A stretch of 51,850 nucleotides of DNA. It comes from Candidatus Iainarchaeum sp. (lineage in GTDB: Archaea > Iainarchaeota > Iainarchaeia > Iainarchaeales > JAAZKV01). The position numbers and the translations under genes were made by a program. Position 1 is the stretch's first letter. Each line of letters begins with the position of its first letter. Below, one piece after another: positions 26,169 through 34,975 of the stretch. The notes under the pieces are model-generated. The model saw only the letters and a list, made by a program, of their open reading frames with translations, was not told the origin of the DNA and did no database searches. The DNA is taken from the NCBI GenBank assembly GCA_012799645.1, contig JAAZKV010000001.1:1-51850 (forward strand), given 5' to 3'.

Positions 26169-27779
26169 ATGCCACAATGTAACGTTATGAAGTTAATTTA
26201 TACGAGTGTTTTTTTAGTGCTAGCATTTAGTTTGGTTAGTGCTTGTAGTGTTGATTTTAGAGACACTATTTTGGAGCTAAGAAGTGATAGTAGTGGTTAT
26301 GGAACAAACATTACTGCGGAAGATTATGATAATGTTACTATTAGATTGAAGTTTGAAATCGAAGATGTTTATGGATCAAATTGTGCCCAATACATTAAAG
26401 CAAACGCAAAAATTTATAGACAGGACGAGGATGGGTATTGGAGTGAATTCAAAACAATTAGCACAAAAAGTGAAAAATTAGAAGAAAATTACTACACTTT
26501 TACTTGGAAAGATATATTTAGAGTGGATGATAGATACACAAAGTACAGGGTTAATGCAGAGATTTTTGACAACAAAGATCAAGAATATGAAAATCTAAGA
26601 GCTTATGTGGAACTAAAAAACAACAACTCATCAAACAGTGATTATGATTACAAACCAACCACTTATTGTGAGGATCTTTCAATAATTGCAAATGATATAG
26701 AAATTAATGAAAATAGTGAACAAAACACAATTTTTTATCTAAAAAATGATTCTACAAAAAGATTTGAAATAACTGAAATAAAAATAACAAGCAACGGATT
26801 AACACTAAACAATTACTACAACGAAAAATACGCTTCTGCTAACGGAATAGCCAACATTATAGTGAAAGCAAAAGCGGATAATGTGTTCTCAAACCAAACT
26901 TACGAAAACAACATAAGCGTAAGAGGAACATTTAGTGATGGAAAAACTTGTTCATTTTCTAACATTCAAAGAAAAACATTCAATGTAAATATTAGAAACA
27001 ATGATTCTATTAGTGCAACATTCAACAACACCCCAAATTGTAATAACTTTTCTATAATCGCACAAGACTATGTGCAAATAGAGAACTTTGGAAAAATACC
27101 AATCAGCATTACAAACGGAACTAACCAAAGAGCTGATGTTTATATAGAAGGAACAATTGAAAGCACCCCTTCACTAATATCACTACCAGCAAACAGTGCA
27201 ATAACAAGAGATATTGACATAAAAACATATTTAGGAAGCGGAGAAATAACACTAAGACCAATAGTGAGTGGATGTAATTTTTCTTCAAAAACAATCAAAA
27301 TAACAAACACTGCAAGAGGAAGCATTACCCAATTAAGTATGAACACAAAATTTGAAGAAAATGAAACACAAGGAAACATAATTATCCAAGTAACAAACCC
27401 AACCACAAGAATATTCAACGGAATAGTGAAAATTAGTGCTCCGAATGGATGGAGTGCCAACACAAAAGAAGTAACAATCACTCCTGGAACAAATAATATT
27501 GTAATACCATTAACAAAAACAACTAACGCAATAAATGGGGCAGGAAAGGTTTCATTAATTGTGGAAGATGAAGAAATAAACAACGAATTTAGTGTAACAG
27601 GAGGAAACACTACAAGATCACTTGCAGGATTATTCACACTAGGAATTTTTGGAATAAACAATTTAGCCAACCTACTAATCCTAATCATAGTAGTAATACT
27701 AATAATTGGAATGATAGGAAGAATAACAAGTGATGAAAAAAACGAAAAAACACAAGCGTGGGAAGAAAAAAATAACTAA
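26169..27779 (+). CDS. secreted/surface protein: signal peptide with lipobox-like VSAC, beta-sandwich-like repeats, C-terminal TM anchor
   Basis: N-terminal hydrophobic segment LIYTSVFLVLAFSLVSAC. Internally repeated module (YCEDLSIIANDIEINEN... / PNCNNFSIIAQDYVQIEN... / GCNFSSKTIKITN...). C-terminal LANLLILIIVVILIIGMIG. Many NxS/T sequons. GGTGA Shine-Dalgarno at 26160. Confidence 0.75.
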   Translation: MPQCNVMKLIYTSVFLVLAFSLVSACSVDFRDTILELRSDSSGYGTNITAEDYDNVTIRLKFEIEDVYGSNCAQYIKANAKIYRQDEDGYWSEFKTISTKSEKLEENYYTFTWKDIFRVDDRYTKYRVNAEIFDNKDQEYENLRAYVELKNNNSSNSDYDYKPTTYCEDLSIIANDIEINENSEQNTIFYLKNDSTKRFEITEIKITSNGLTLNNYYNEKYASANGIANIIVKAKADNVFSNQTYENNISVRGTFSDGKTCSFSNIQRKTFNVNIRNNDSISATFNNTPNCNNFSIIAQDYVQIENFGKIPISITNGTNQRADVYIEGTIESTPSLISLPANSAITRDIDIKTYLGSGEITLRPIVSGCNFSSKTIKITNTARGSITQLSMNTKFEENETQGNIIIQVTNPTTRIFNGIVKISAPNGWSANTKEVTITPGTNNIVIPLTKTTNAINGAGKVSLIVEDEEINNEFSVTGGNTTRSLAGLFTLGIFGINNLANLLILIIVVILIIGMIGRITSDEKNEKTQAWEEKNN

Positions 27780-27916
27780 AAAAAGAATTACAAAAACAAA
27801 AAAAATAAATAAAAATCAAAAAAATAAATTAAAAAAAACAAAAAAAACCCGCAAAAAATAACACCCCTAAAAAATAACCTCCAAATAAAGTGAAATCACC
27901 TCAATGAAAATTTAGA

Positions 27917-27946
27917 TAGAAAAGAGTGAGAAATCACTCTTTTCTA
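27917..27946 (+). terminator. 13-bp perfect hairpin TAGAAAAGAGTGA-GAAA-TCACTCTTTTCTA downstream of the 26169 surface-protein gene
   Basis: Perfect inverted repeat with a GAAA loop; a C/T-rich tract follows. Confidence 0.55.
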
Positions 27947-28011
27947 AACTACCCCCCTCTTCTTTTTCTAAACGACTCTAAAAAAAATAAATTTGAAAAA
28001 CAATGGAAAAG

Positions 28012-28019
28012 TATAAATA
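28012..28019 (+). promoter_or_regulatory. TATA-like box TATAAATA, 22 nt before ATG 28041 (leaderless transcript likely)
   Basis: The spacing fits an archaeal TATA-to-TSS distance; no Shine-Dalgarno is present. Confidence 0.5.
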
Positions 28020-28040
28020 CACTCCAAAGAAATATATGTT

Positions 28041-30422
28041 ATGGAAATTGGAAAAAAACAATTAACAATAATTGGAATAATAATAATCCTAATAATAGTT
28101 CTATTCTTGTTATTTAACAATACTCAAACAACCACTCAATCTTTTTCTTTTTCTGAGTTCAAAATGGATAAATCCATTTCTATTAACGGAGATACTCGAA
28201 TCGAAACTTACACATTTGATACACAAAACCCAATAATCGCATACTTAATAATCCCAAAAACAATCGCTGAAAATATCTCCCAACTAACAATAAACGGAGA
28301 TTACTCAACAACCATAATAGAAAGCGACCCAATACTATTACTAAAACAAAACGAATACACACCAGGAACAAAAAAACTAACAATAGAAACAAAAACAGGA
28401 AACAAAGAACACACCACCATCCTACTCCCAATAAACCTAACTGACTATGAAACATTCACCGAAGAAGAAAAACAACAACTAACAGAAACAATAAAACAAT
28501 TCAACCACATAGAAGAAAAATACTACACAACCGAAGAAGTAAAACAAATAATAGAAGAATTCGCAAAAGGAACACAAACAAACATAGAACTACAAGAAAA
28601 AAAAGAAGGGCAAATTTTTTTATCAGAAACGAGCAAACCAAAAAACAATATTATAAAATCAATAAACACCATTCTTGAAAACACTAATACTGACCCGAAC
28701 CAAAATTTTGCAAAAAAAGAAAGCATATTTGAAACACTAATGTTTATTTTGGATCAAAAAGTAAAAGAAGAACCAACAAAACTAGAAGAATTTGAAAATA
28801 AAATTCTAATTGAACTTGAACCAAAAAACAACAAATCAATCCCAAAAGAAATTAATCTATATTTATCTGAAAAAAAATTATCGGATACAATCAACATACA
28901 ATTAAATAACACCAACCAACACATAACCCCAATTATAGAAACAAGTAACGAAATTTCTAAATACATCAAAGCAAAAGTAAATAATTCAGATAAAAATGAG
29001 AAAGAACTCATTATTTCAATAGATCTGAACGAAAACACATTTAACGATTTAAATCAAATAAAATTACGCCAAATTAAATTTACTTTAAATTACCATTTTG
29101 AAAAAAAAACGGATCACAACATAAACATAATTTTTGGAAAATGTGAAGAAAACATTGGCTTAAAATTAAGAACAATCGGACAAGAAATAAACCCAGACAA
29201 AATACTTGCAAAATGTGATAATAACACATTTACAAACGATTCAAATACCCTTGATAAAAACAATTCAAAAACAAACACATTTACAAACGATTCAAATAAA
29301 CTAGATAAAAATAATTCAAAAATAAACCAAAACGATAAAAACACTCAAAAAGATTCTAATATTTTTGATGAAAAATTAATAGAAACCTTACTAGAAGAAT
29401 TTTTCCAACACAATTCAATACTAGCCAATCTACCAATTTATACAATCACCAAAGACCAAAATATTTCATTAAAAAACTGTGAAAATGGTTGTTATATTCA
29501 AACAAATTCTAATTTAATAAAAGAACTATTTGATCAAAACATCATAAAAGACAAAAACACTATAAAAATCCCATTTGACCAAATAAAAAGCATCACCATT
29601 CAACTTGTTGATTCCAACAGCGAAGAATCAGAACCAACTGATATGAATTTATTTTATCAATGCAATAGTCCTTGCACTTGGGTAGCAACAAATAGTATTG
29701 AAATTAAAAGATTTGATACAATCTCAATTGCACACATACAACAAAGCACTTTAGCAAATATAAAAATTCAAGGAGAAAATAACAAAGAATTTGTAAATAA
29801 TTTTGAATTCATTTACTACAATAGTGAAACAAATTTCCAAATACCAAATAATGATGCGATGAAATATGTTGAAGAGTTAAAAAAACAAAAAAAAATTATT
29901 TCAGTAATTCAACCTTTTGAAACAAAACAAAAAATAAAAATATTTATTCCCCAAGAACTAAAAAAAATAGAAGAAATGATGAAAACAAGAACCGCACCAT
30001 TTTTATTAAAAGATGGAACAACAAATCCGAACAAATCCGGGTGGTGTTCAGCATACGCTACTAGGTTTGCAAATAAATACTTTGGATTAAACTACAAAAA
30101 AGCAGATGCGTGGGATTTAGTAAAATTAAAGGATCACCAATTGGTTTATAGAGAAACGAAAAAAGGCGGAATAACAAAAGAACAATTTGGAACACTCGTA
30201 GAAAACGACAAAATAATTGAACCTGGAAACATAATAGGAGTTTATTATGCAGATAGCAAATATGATGAACCCGGAAGATTATACACCCATGTGATAGTAT
30301 ATTTAGGAAAAATGAATAAAGAGTACTTGTTCGCGGAAAACTTTACCGGACCAAAAATATCAAGTCTTGATGAAATTTTAAAAAGGCACACAATTATTGA
30401 TGTTATTAAACCAAAAAAGTGA
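28041..30422 (+). CDS. large N-terminally anchored surface protein with C-terminal papain-fold (NlpC/P60-, CHAP- or transglutaminase-like) Cys/His domain
   Basis: N-terminal TM LTIIGIIIILIIVLFLLF and a long N/K/T/E-rich ectodomain. The C-terminal approx. 130 aa contain GWCSAYATRF (Cys669, nt 30045-30047) and YTHVIVYLG (His750, nt 30288-30290), followed by FAENF. TATAAATA box at 28012-28019, 22 nt before the ATG (leaderless). Confidence 0.7.
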   Translation: MEIGKKQLTIIGIIIILIIVLFLLFNNTQTTTQSFSFSEFKMDKSISINGDTRIETYTFDTQNPIIAYLIIPKTIAENISQLTINGDYSTTIIESDPILLLKQNEYTPGTKKLTIETKTGNKEHTTILLPINLTDYETFTEEEKQQLTETIKQFNHIEEKYYTTEEVKQIIEEFAKGTQTNIELQEKKEGQIFLSETSKPKNNIIKSINTILENTNTDPNQNFAKKESIFETLMFILDQKVKEEPTKLEEFENKILIELEPKNNKSIPKEINLYLSEKKLSDTINIQLNNTNQHITPIIETSNEISKYIKAKVNNSDKNEKELIISIDLNENTFNDLNQIKLRQIKFTLNYHFEKKTDHNINIIFGKCEENIGLKLRTIGQEINPDKILAKCDNNTFTNDSNTLDKNNSKTNTFTNDSNKLDKNNSKINQNDKNTQKDSNIFDEKLIETLLEEFFQHNSILANLPIYTITKDQNISLKNCENGCYIQTNSNLIKELFDQNIIKDKNTIKIPFDQIKSITIQLVDSNSEESEPTDMNLFYQCNSPCTWVATNSIEIKRFDTISIAHIQQSTLANIKIQGENNKEFVNNFEFIYYNSETNFQIPNNDAMKYVEELKKQKKIISVIQPFETKQKIKIFIPQELKKIEEMMKTRTAPFLLKDGTTNPNKSGWCSAYATRFANKYFGLNYKKADAWDLVKLKDHQLVYRETKKGGITKEQFGTLVENDKIIEPGNIIGVYYADSKYDEPGRLYTHVIVYLGKMNKEYLFAENFTGPKISSLDEILKRHTIIDVIKPKK
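29224..29325 (+). repeat. 51-nt (17-aa) tandem duplication inside the large surface-protein gene
   Basis: The first 24 nt of each unit, ACACATTTACAAACGATTCAAATA (29224 and 29275), are identical. Peptide units TFTNDSNTLDKNNSKTN / TFTNDSNKLDKNNSKIN. Confidence 0.85.
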
Positions 30423-30598
30423 AATAAAATTAATGAACTCTGACCCTAAAAGTTACTAAACAATCAAAAAAAACAAAATAAATAAAAAAATCACCCCCCA
30501 CAAAAAACGTTCTTAAACCAATTTAAATTCAAAAAATATCCTAAAATAAATCAAATTTAAAAAAATAAAAGGAACTAATTTTTTGGACAAGCAATTTG

Positions 30599-30613
30599 AG
30601 TGCATTTATAAAC
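30599..30613 (+). promoter_or_regulatory. BRE/TATA-like box (TTTATAAA at 30605-30612) upstream of the L3 operon
   Basis: GTGCATTTATAAACC, about 195 nt before ATG 30807. Confidence 0.55.
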
Positions 30614-30806
30614 CTTTCTTTAGCAAAATTAATTATTGATTGATGTTAATCAATGGTAAAGTACACTACTAAACAAGAGTTTCTGGTGAGGCTTATTTGT
30701 TTAGCAAATACGAAATTATTTTCCTATTTGTGCTTTTTAGCGTAGTGATTTTTTAAAAAAAAATAAAAAAATATTTTTTTGTAATTAAAATTTGGGTTGA
30801 AAAAGT

Positions 30807-31841
30807 ATGTCACAATATAATGCTCCAAGAAGAGGATCAATGGCTTATTATCCTAGAGTTAGAGCAAAAAAAGAAACTCCAACAATTAAAGGAAAAGGAA
30901 CAGAAAATAAACCACTTAGTTTTTTAGCTTACAAAGTTGGAATGGTTCAAGTTAAAGGAAAAAATACTCACAAAAATAGTCCAACTTTTGGAATGGACAC
31001 AATTGTTCCAGCAACAGTAATAGCTACTCCTACACTAAAAGTTTTTGGAGTGAGAGCATACACTAAAAGAGAAATTGGAATAGAAGTGTTGAGTGATGTT
31101 TTAGCAACCAATGTTGATAAATTTTTGTTAAGAAAAATAAACAATTTCAAAAAACCATCACAAAAAAAACAAACAAAAGAAAACAAAACCGAAAACAAAA
31201 ATGAAAAAAAAGAAGAGAAAAATGATTTTTACACATTAGAGGATTTTGAAAAAGAAATGAATGACATCACAGGATTTACTTTACTGGTTCATACCACACC
31301 GAACGAAATTGGATTAAAGAAAACACCTGATGTTACAGAAATCACTATTGGTGGAACAAAAGAAGAACAATTAAATTATGCTAAAGAAAAATTAGGAAAA
31401 GAAATAAAATTTGAAGAAGTATTCAACGAACAAGATTTTTTGGATGTAAAAGCAGTTACAAAAGGAAAAGGATTTAGTGGAGTGGTGAAAAGATTCAATG
31501 TTAGAAGTCTTAGACCAAAAAACAAAAAAAGAAGAGTGGTTGGATCTGTTGGACCATGGCACCCACACACAATAATGTTTACTGTGGCAAGACCGGGACA
31601 AATGGGATATCACAATAGAACAGAGTCAGGAAAAAAATTAATAAAAATTTCAACAAACCCTGAAGAAGTAAATCCATCAAATGGATTTTCAGGATACGGA
31701 ATTGTTAAAGGACAATACGCTCTAGTGTATGGATCAATTCCAGGGCCAGCAAAAAGATGTATTGCTTTGAGAAAAACAATAAGACCTGCAAAACAAAAAG
31801 GAGTGCAACTTGAAGCAGTGGAGAAAATAATAAAAAAATAA
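30807..31841 (+). CDS. rpl3: 50S ribosomal protein L3 (uL3)
   Basis: PRRGSMAYYPRVRAKK...KGKGFSGVVKRFNV...GPWHPHTIMFTVARPGQMGYHNRT; contains a K/E-rich internal insert. Confidence 0.95.
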   Translation: MSQYNAPRRGSMAYYPRVRAKKETPTIKGKGTENKPLSFLAYKVGMVQVKGKNTHKNSPTFGMDTIVPATVIATPTLKVFGVRAYTKREIGIEVLSDVLATNVDKFLLRKINNFKKPSQKKQTKENKTENKNEKKEEKNDFYTLEDFEKEMNDITGFTLLVHTTPNEIGLKKTPDVTEITIGGTKEEQLNYAKEKLGKEIKFEEVFNEQDFLDVKAVTKGKGFSGVVKRFNVRSLRPKNKKRRVVGSVGPWHPHTIMFTVARPGQMGYHNRTESGKKLIKISTNPEEVNPSNGFSGYGIVKGQYALVYGSIPGPAKRCIALRKTIRPAKQKGVQLEAVEKIIKK

Positions 31842-31878
31842 AATGAAAAAATAATTAAAATAAAATGAGTGAATGATT

Positions 31879-32784
31879 ATGAAAGCAACAATAATTAGCA
31901 TAAATGGTTCTAATAAAGGAACTATTGAATTACCAAAAGTTTTTGAAACAGAGTACAACCCAACTCTAATTAGAAGAGCTGGACTTGCGTTACAAACAAC
32001 AAAAAAACAACCAACAGGAAGTGATCCTCGAGCAGGAAAAAAGAACACAGCGGTTTATGTAGGGTACAGAGGGGTACCAACACCAAGAAGAATAATTAAC
32101 ACTGAACACGCGAGATTACCAAGATTAACTAATAGAAGATACTTACTTTACGGAAGAGTAGCATTTGTTCCACAAGCAGTGGGAGGAAGAGCAGCACACC
32201 CACTAAAATCATGGGAAAATATTGTAGAACAAATAAACAAAAAAGAAAGAAAATTAGCACTAGCAAGCGCAATCGCTGCAACAGCAAACAAAAAACTTGT
32301 AGAAAAAAGATTTATTGTAGAAAAAGAACTACCAATTGTTGTAGAAGATGCTATTGAAGATATTTCAAAAACAAAAGAAGCAATTGAAGCACTAAAAAAA
32401 ATTGGGGTAGGAAAAGATCTTGAAAATGCAAAAAACAAAGTTAGGAGAAGAGCAGGAAAAGGAAAATCGAGAGGAAGAACAAAAAAAGAGAAAAAAAGCG
32501 TATTAATTGTTACTGGAAAAAACTCGCCAATATTAAAAGCGGTGAGAAACATACCAGGAGTGGATTCTGTTACAACAGCATCACTAAATGTTGATCTTGT
32601 TGCACCAGGAGCAGAAGCAGGAAGACTTGTAGTATGGACCGAATCTGCAATAAAAGAACTAGGAAAAGAAAAAACAACAGAGAAAACAGAAAAACCAAAA
32701 ACAAAAGAAACAAAACCAAAACAAACAAAAAAAGTTGTTAAAAAAGAAAAAACAAAAAAAGAAACAAAAACAAGTAAAAAATGA
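31879..32784 (+). CDS. rpl4: 50S ribosomal protein L4 (uL4) with K-rich C-terminal tail
   Basis: MKATIISINGSNKGTIELPKVF...RAGKGKSRGR. GAGTGA Shine-Dalgarno-like at 31867-31872. Confidence 0.92.
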   Translation: MKATIISINGSNKGTIELPKVFETEYNPTLIRRAGLALQTTKKQPTGSDPRAGKKNTAVYVGYRGVPTPRRIINTEHARLPRLTNRRYLLYGRVAFVPQAVGGRAAHPLKSWENIVEQINKKERKLALASAIAATANKKLVEKRFIVEKELPIVVEDAIEDISKTKEAIEALKKIGVGKDLENAKNKVRRRAGKGKSRGRTKKEKKSVLIVTGKNSPILKAVRNIPGVDSVTTASLNVDLVAPGAEAGRLVVWTESAIKELGKEKTTEKTEKPKTKETKPKQTKKVVKKEKTKKETKTSKK

Positions 32785-32818
32785 GGAAATTTAATAAAAA
32801 AAATGAATAGTGATATTT

Positions 32819-33202
32819 ATGGTAAAATTAACAAAAACTGATAAAATACAACAAAAAGCAGAAACTGCTAAAAAAACAGAAACAGAAAAAACAAAAGAAA
32901 CAAAACCAACAAAAAAAGAAATAATAGAAACAACCGCAACAATAAAAGATCTTGAAATAGTGCTTTACCCACTAGTAACAGAAAAAGCTGTTAATATGAT
33001 TGATAGTGAAAACAAAATAACATTTATTGTGAATAAAAACACTAACAAAAAGAAAGTGAAAGAAATAATTGAAAGAGTGTACAATGTAAAAGTTGATAAA
33101 ATAAATATGGTTAGGGATATGAAAGGGAGAAAAAAAGCAATTGTAAAATTAAAAAAAGAATTCAAAGCAAATGATCTTGCAACAAAATTAAAAATATTGT
33201 AA
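32819..33202 (+). CDS. rpl23: 50S ribosomal protein L23 (uL23) with K/T/E-rich N-terminal extension
   Basis: LYPLVTEKAVNMIDSENKITFIVNKNTNKKKVKEIIERVYNVKVDKINM. Confidence 0.9.
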   Translation: MVKLTKTDKIQQKAETAKKTETEKTKETKPTKKEIIETTATIKDLEIVLYPLVTEKAVNMIDSENKITFIVNKNTNKKKVKEIIERVYNVKVDKINMVRDMKGRKKAIVKLKKEFKANDLATKLKIL

Positions 33203-33260
33203 ATAATAAAAATATTGTAAAAATGAATGAGTTTTATTATAATTAAAAAATGGTGAAAAA

Positions 33261-33971
33261 ATGGGAAAAAGAATAATTTCACAAAGAAGAGGAAAAGGAT
33301 CTCACACATTCAAAGCAAAACTAAGAGGAATAAACTCAGCATACTTACTAAAAACTCCTGACCTAATGCTAGGAGAGGTAACAAATTTTATAAAAGAAAA
33401 CGGAAGAAACGCAATAATGGCGGAAATAACTTTTGCTGATGGAAGAAAACAAGATGTTATCGCAGCAGAAGGAATGTATATTGGACAAAAAATAGAACAA
33501 GGAAACGGAGCAAGTACAAGTATTGGAAACGTATCAGAAGTAGGAGCACTACCAGAAGGATGCCCGATCTTTAATATTGAAAGAACAGTAAATGACGGGG
33601 GAAAAATGGTTAGATCATCAGGAAGTTACGCACTACTAATGGCAAAGGATAACAAAAACGCAACAATAAAAATGCCATCAGGAAATATGATCAAATTACC
33701 ATTAGATGTTAGAGCAACTATTGGAAACGTATCTTGCGGAGGAAGACAAGATAAACCAATGGTAAAAGCAGGAAATAAATTTTATGCAATGAAAGCAAAA
33801 AAGAAAATGTGGCCAAGAGTAAGAGGAGTGAAGATGAATGCTGTTGATCATCCATTCGGTGGAGCAAGTCACCACCCAGGAAAATCAAAAAGCACATCAA
33901 GAAACGCACCACCTGGAAGAAAAGTTGGAGCAATTGCTTCTACAAGAACAGGAAGGAGAAAGAAAGGCTAG
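33261..33971 (+). CDS. rpl2: 50S ribosomal protein L2 (uL2)
   Basis: GKRIISQRRGKGS...NAVDHPFGGASHHPGKSKSTSRNAPPGRKVG. Confidence 0.96.
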   Translation: MGKRIISQRRGKGSHTFKAKLRGINSAYLLKTPDLMLGEVTNFIKENGRNAIMAEITFADGRKQDVIAAEGMYIGQKIEQGNGASTSIGNVSEVGALPEGCPIFNIERTVNDGGKMVRSSGSYALLMAKDNKNATIKMPSGNMIKLPLDVRATIGNVSCGGRQDKPMVKAGNKFYAMKAKKKMWPRVRGVKMNAVDHPFGGASHHPGKSKSTSRNAPPGRKVGAIASTRTGRRKKG

Positions 33972-34032
33972 AATTAGAATTAAAAAAAAGTTAAAAAAAA
34001 TTAAAAAATATGGAATGTTTTGAAGGGATATT

Positions 34033-34431
34033 ATGGAAACACAAGGAAAGAAATTTAATTTCAGAGGAAAAACACAAGAAGAATTACTATCAATGAGTTT
34101 AGAAGAGTTTGCAAAACTATGCAAAGCTAGACCAAGGAGAGCATTACTAAAAGGATATGATAAAAAGTTCCTAAAAAAAGTTGAAGCATACAAAAAAAAT
34201 CCAAAAGCAAAACCAATCAGAACACACAGAAGAGATTATGTGGTGATTCCACAATTAGTAGGAGTGAAAATCGCAGTACACAAAGGAAACGGATTTGAAA
34301 CAATTGATATTACAGAAAAAATGTTAGGACATTATTTAGGAGAATTTGCGCTAACAAGAAAGAAATTACAACACGGAAAAGCAGGAATAGGAGCAACAAA
34401 ATCATCAAGTGCAGTAACAGCAAGAGGATAA
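34033..34431 (+). CDS. rps19: 30S ribosomal protein S19 (uS19)
   Basis: RTHRRDYVVIPQLVGVKIAVHKGNGFETIDITEKMLGHYLGEFALTRK. Confidence 0.95.
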   Translation: METQGKKFNFRGKTQEELLSMSLEEFAKLCKARPRRALLKGYDKKFLKKVEAYKKNPKAKPIRTHRRDYVVIPQLVGVKIAVHKGNGFETIDITEKMLGHYLGEFALTRKKLQHGKAGIGATKSSSAVTARG

Positions 34432-34476
34432 AAATAAAAAAATGGTAAAAATATTGAAAAATATTGATGTGATTTT

Positions 34477-34956
34477 ATGGCAAAAAAGAACTATCAAGCA
34501 GAGGTTGGAAAACCAAGCAAAACTGCAAAAGCAACAATAAAAAATGCGAACATTTCAATAAAATATTCAACAGAAATTTGCAACCAAATAAAAGGATTGC
34601 CAGTAAACAAAGTAATTGCTTGGCTAGAAAGAATCCAAGCACACAAAGAATATTTACCACTAAAAAGATACCACAAAAAAGTTGCACACAGAAAAGGAAA
34701 CGCACTAAAAGGAACAAAATCAGGAAGATACCCAGAACTAGCTTGCAAAGAATTTATTAATTTACTAAACCTAGCAAAAAATAACGCTGACTTTAAAGGA
34801 CTTGATTCAGAAAAATTAATTATACTAAACGCATTCGCTTCAATGGGAATAAATAGATACAGTTATCAAGCAAAAGGAAAAATTGGTGGAAAAGCAAGAA
34901 GAGTAAATTCAACCCACATTGAAGTAATAGTAATGGAACAAAAAGGATTAAATTAA
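34477..34956 (+). CDS. rpl22: 50S ribosomal protein L22 (uL22)
   Basis: AKATIKNANISIKYSTEICNQIKGLPVNKVIAWLERI...; operon position. Confidence 0.9.
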   Translation: MAKKNYQAEVGKPSKTAKATIKNANISIKYSTEICNQIKGLPVNKVIAWLERIQAHKEYLPLKRYHKKVAHRKGNALKGTKSGRYPELACKEFINLLNLAKNNADFKGLDSEKLIILNAFASMGINRYSYQAKGKIGGKARRVNSTHIEVIVMEQKGLN

Positions 34957-34975
34957 AAGGAAAAAAGGTGTGAAA

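Noticed and set aside
27926-28117. 63-aa + strand ORF upstream of, and overlapping, the 28041 gene
   Set aside because: It starts inside the 13-bp terminator-like hairpin, spans the TATA-like box, and is out of frame with the supported 793-aa gene. Its sequence is low-complexity.
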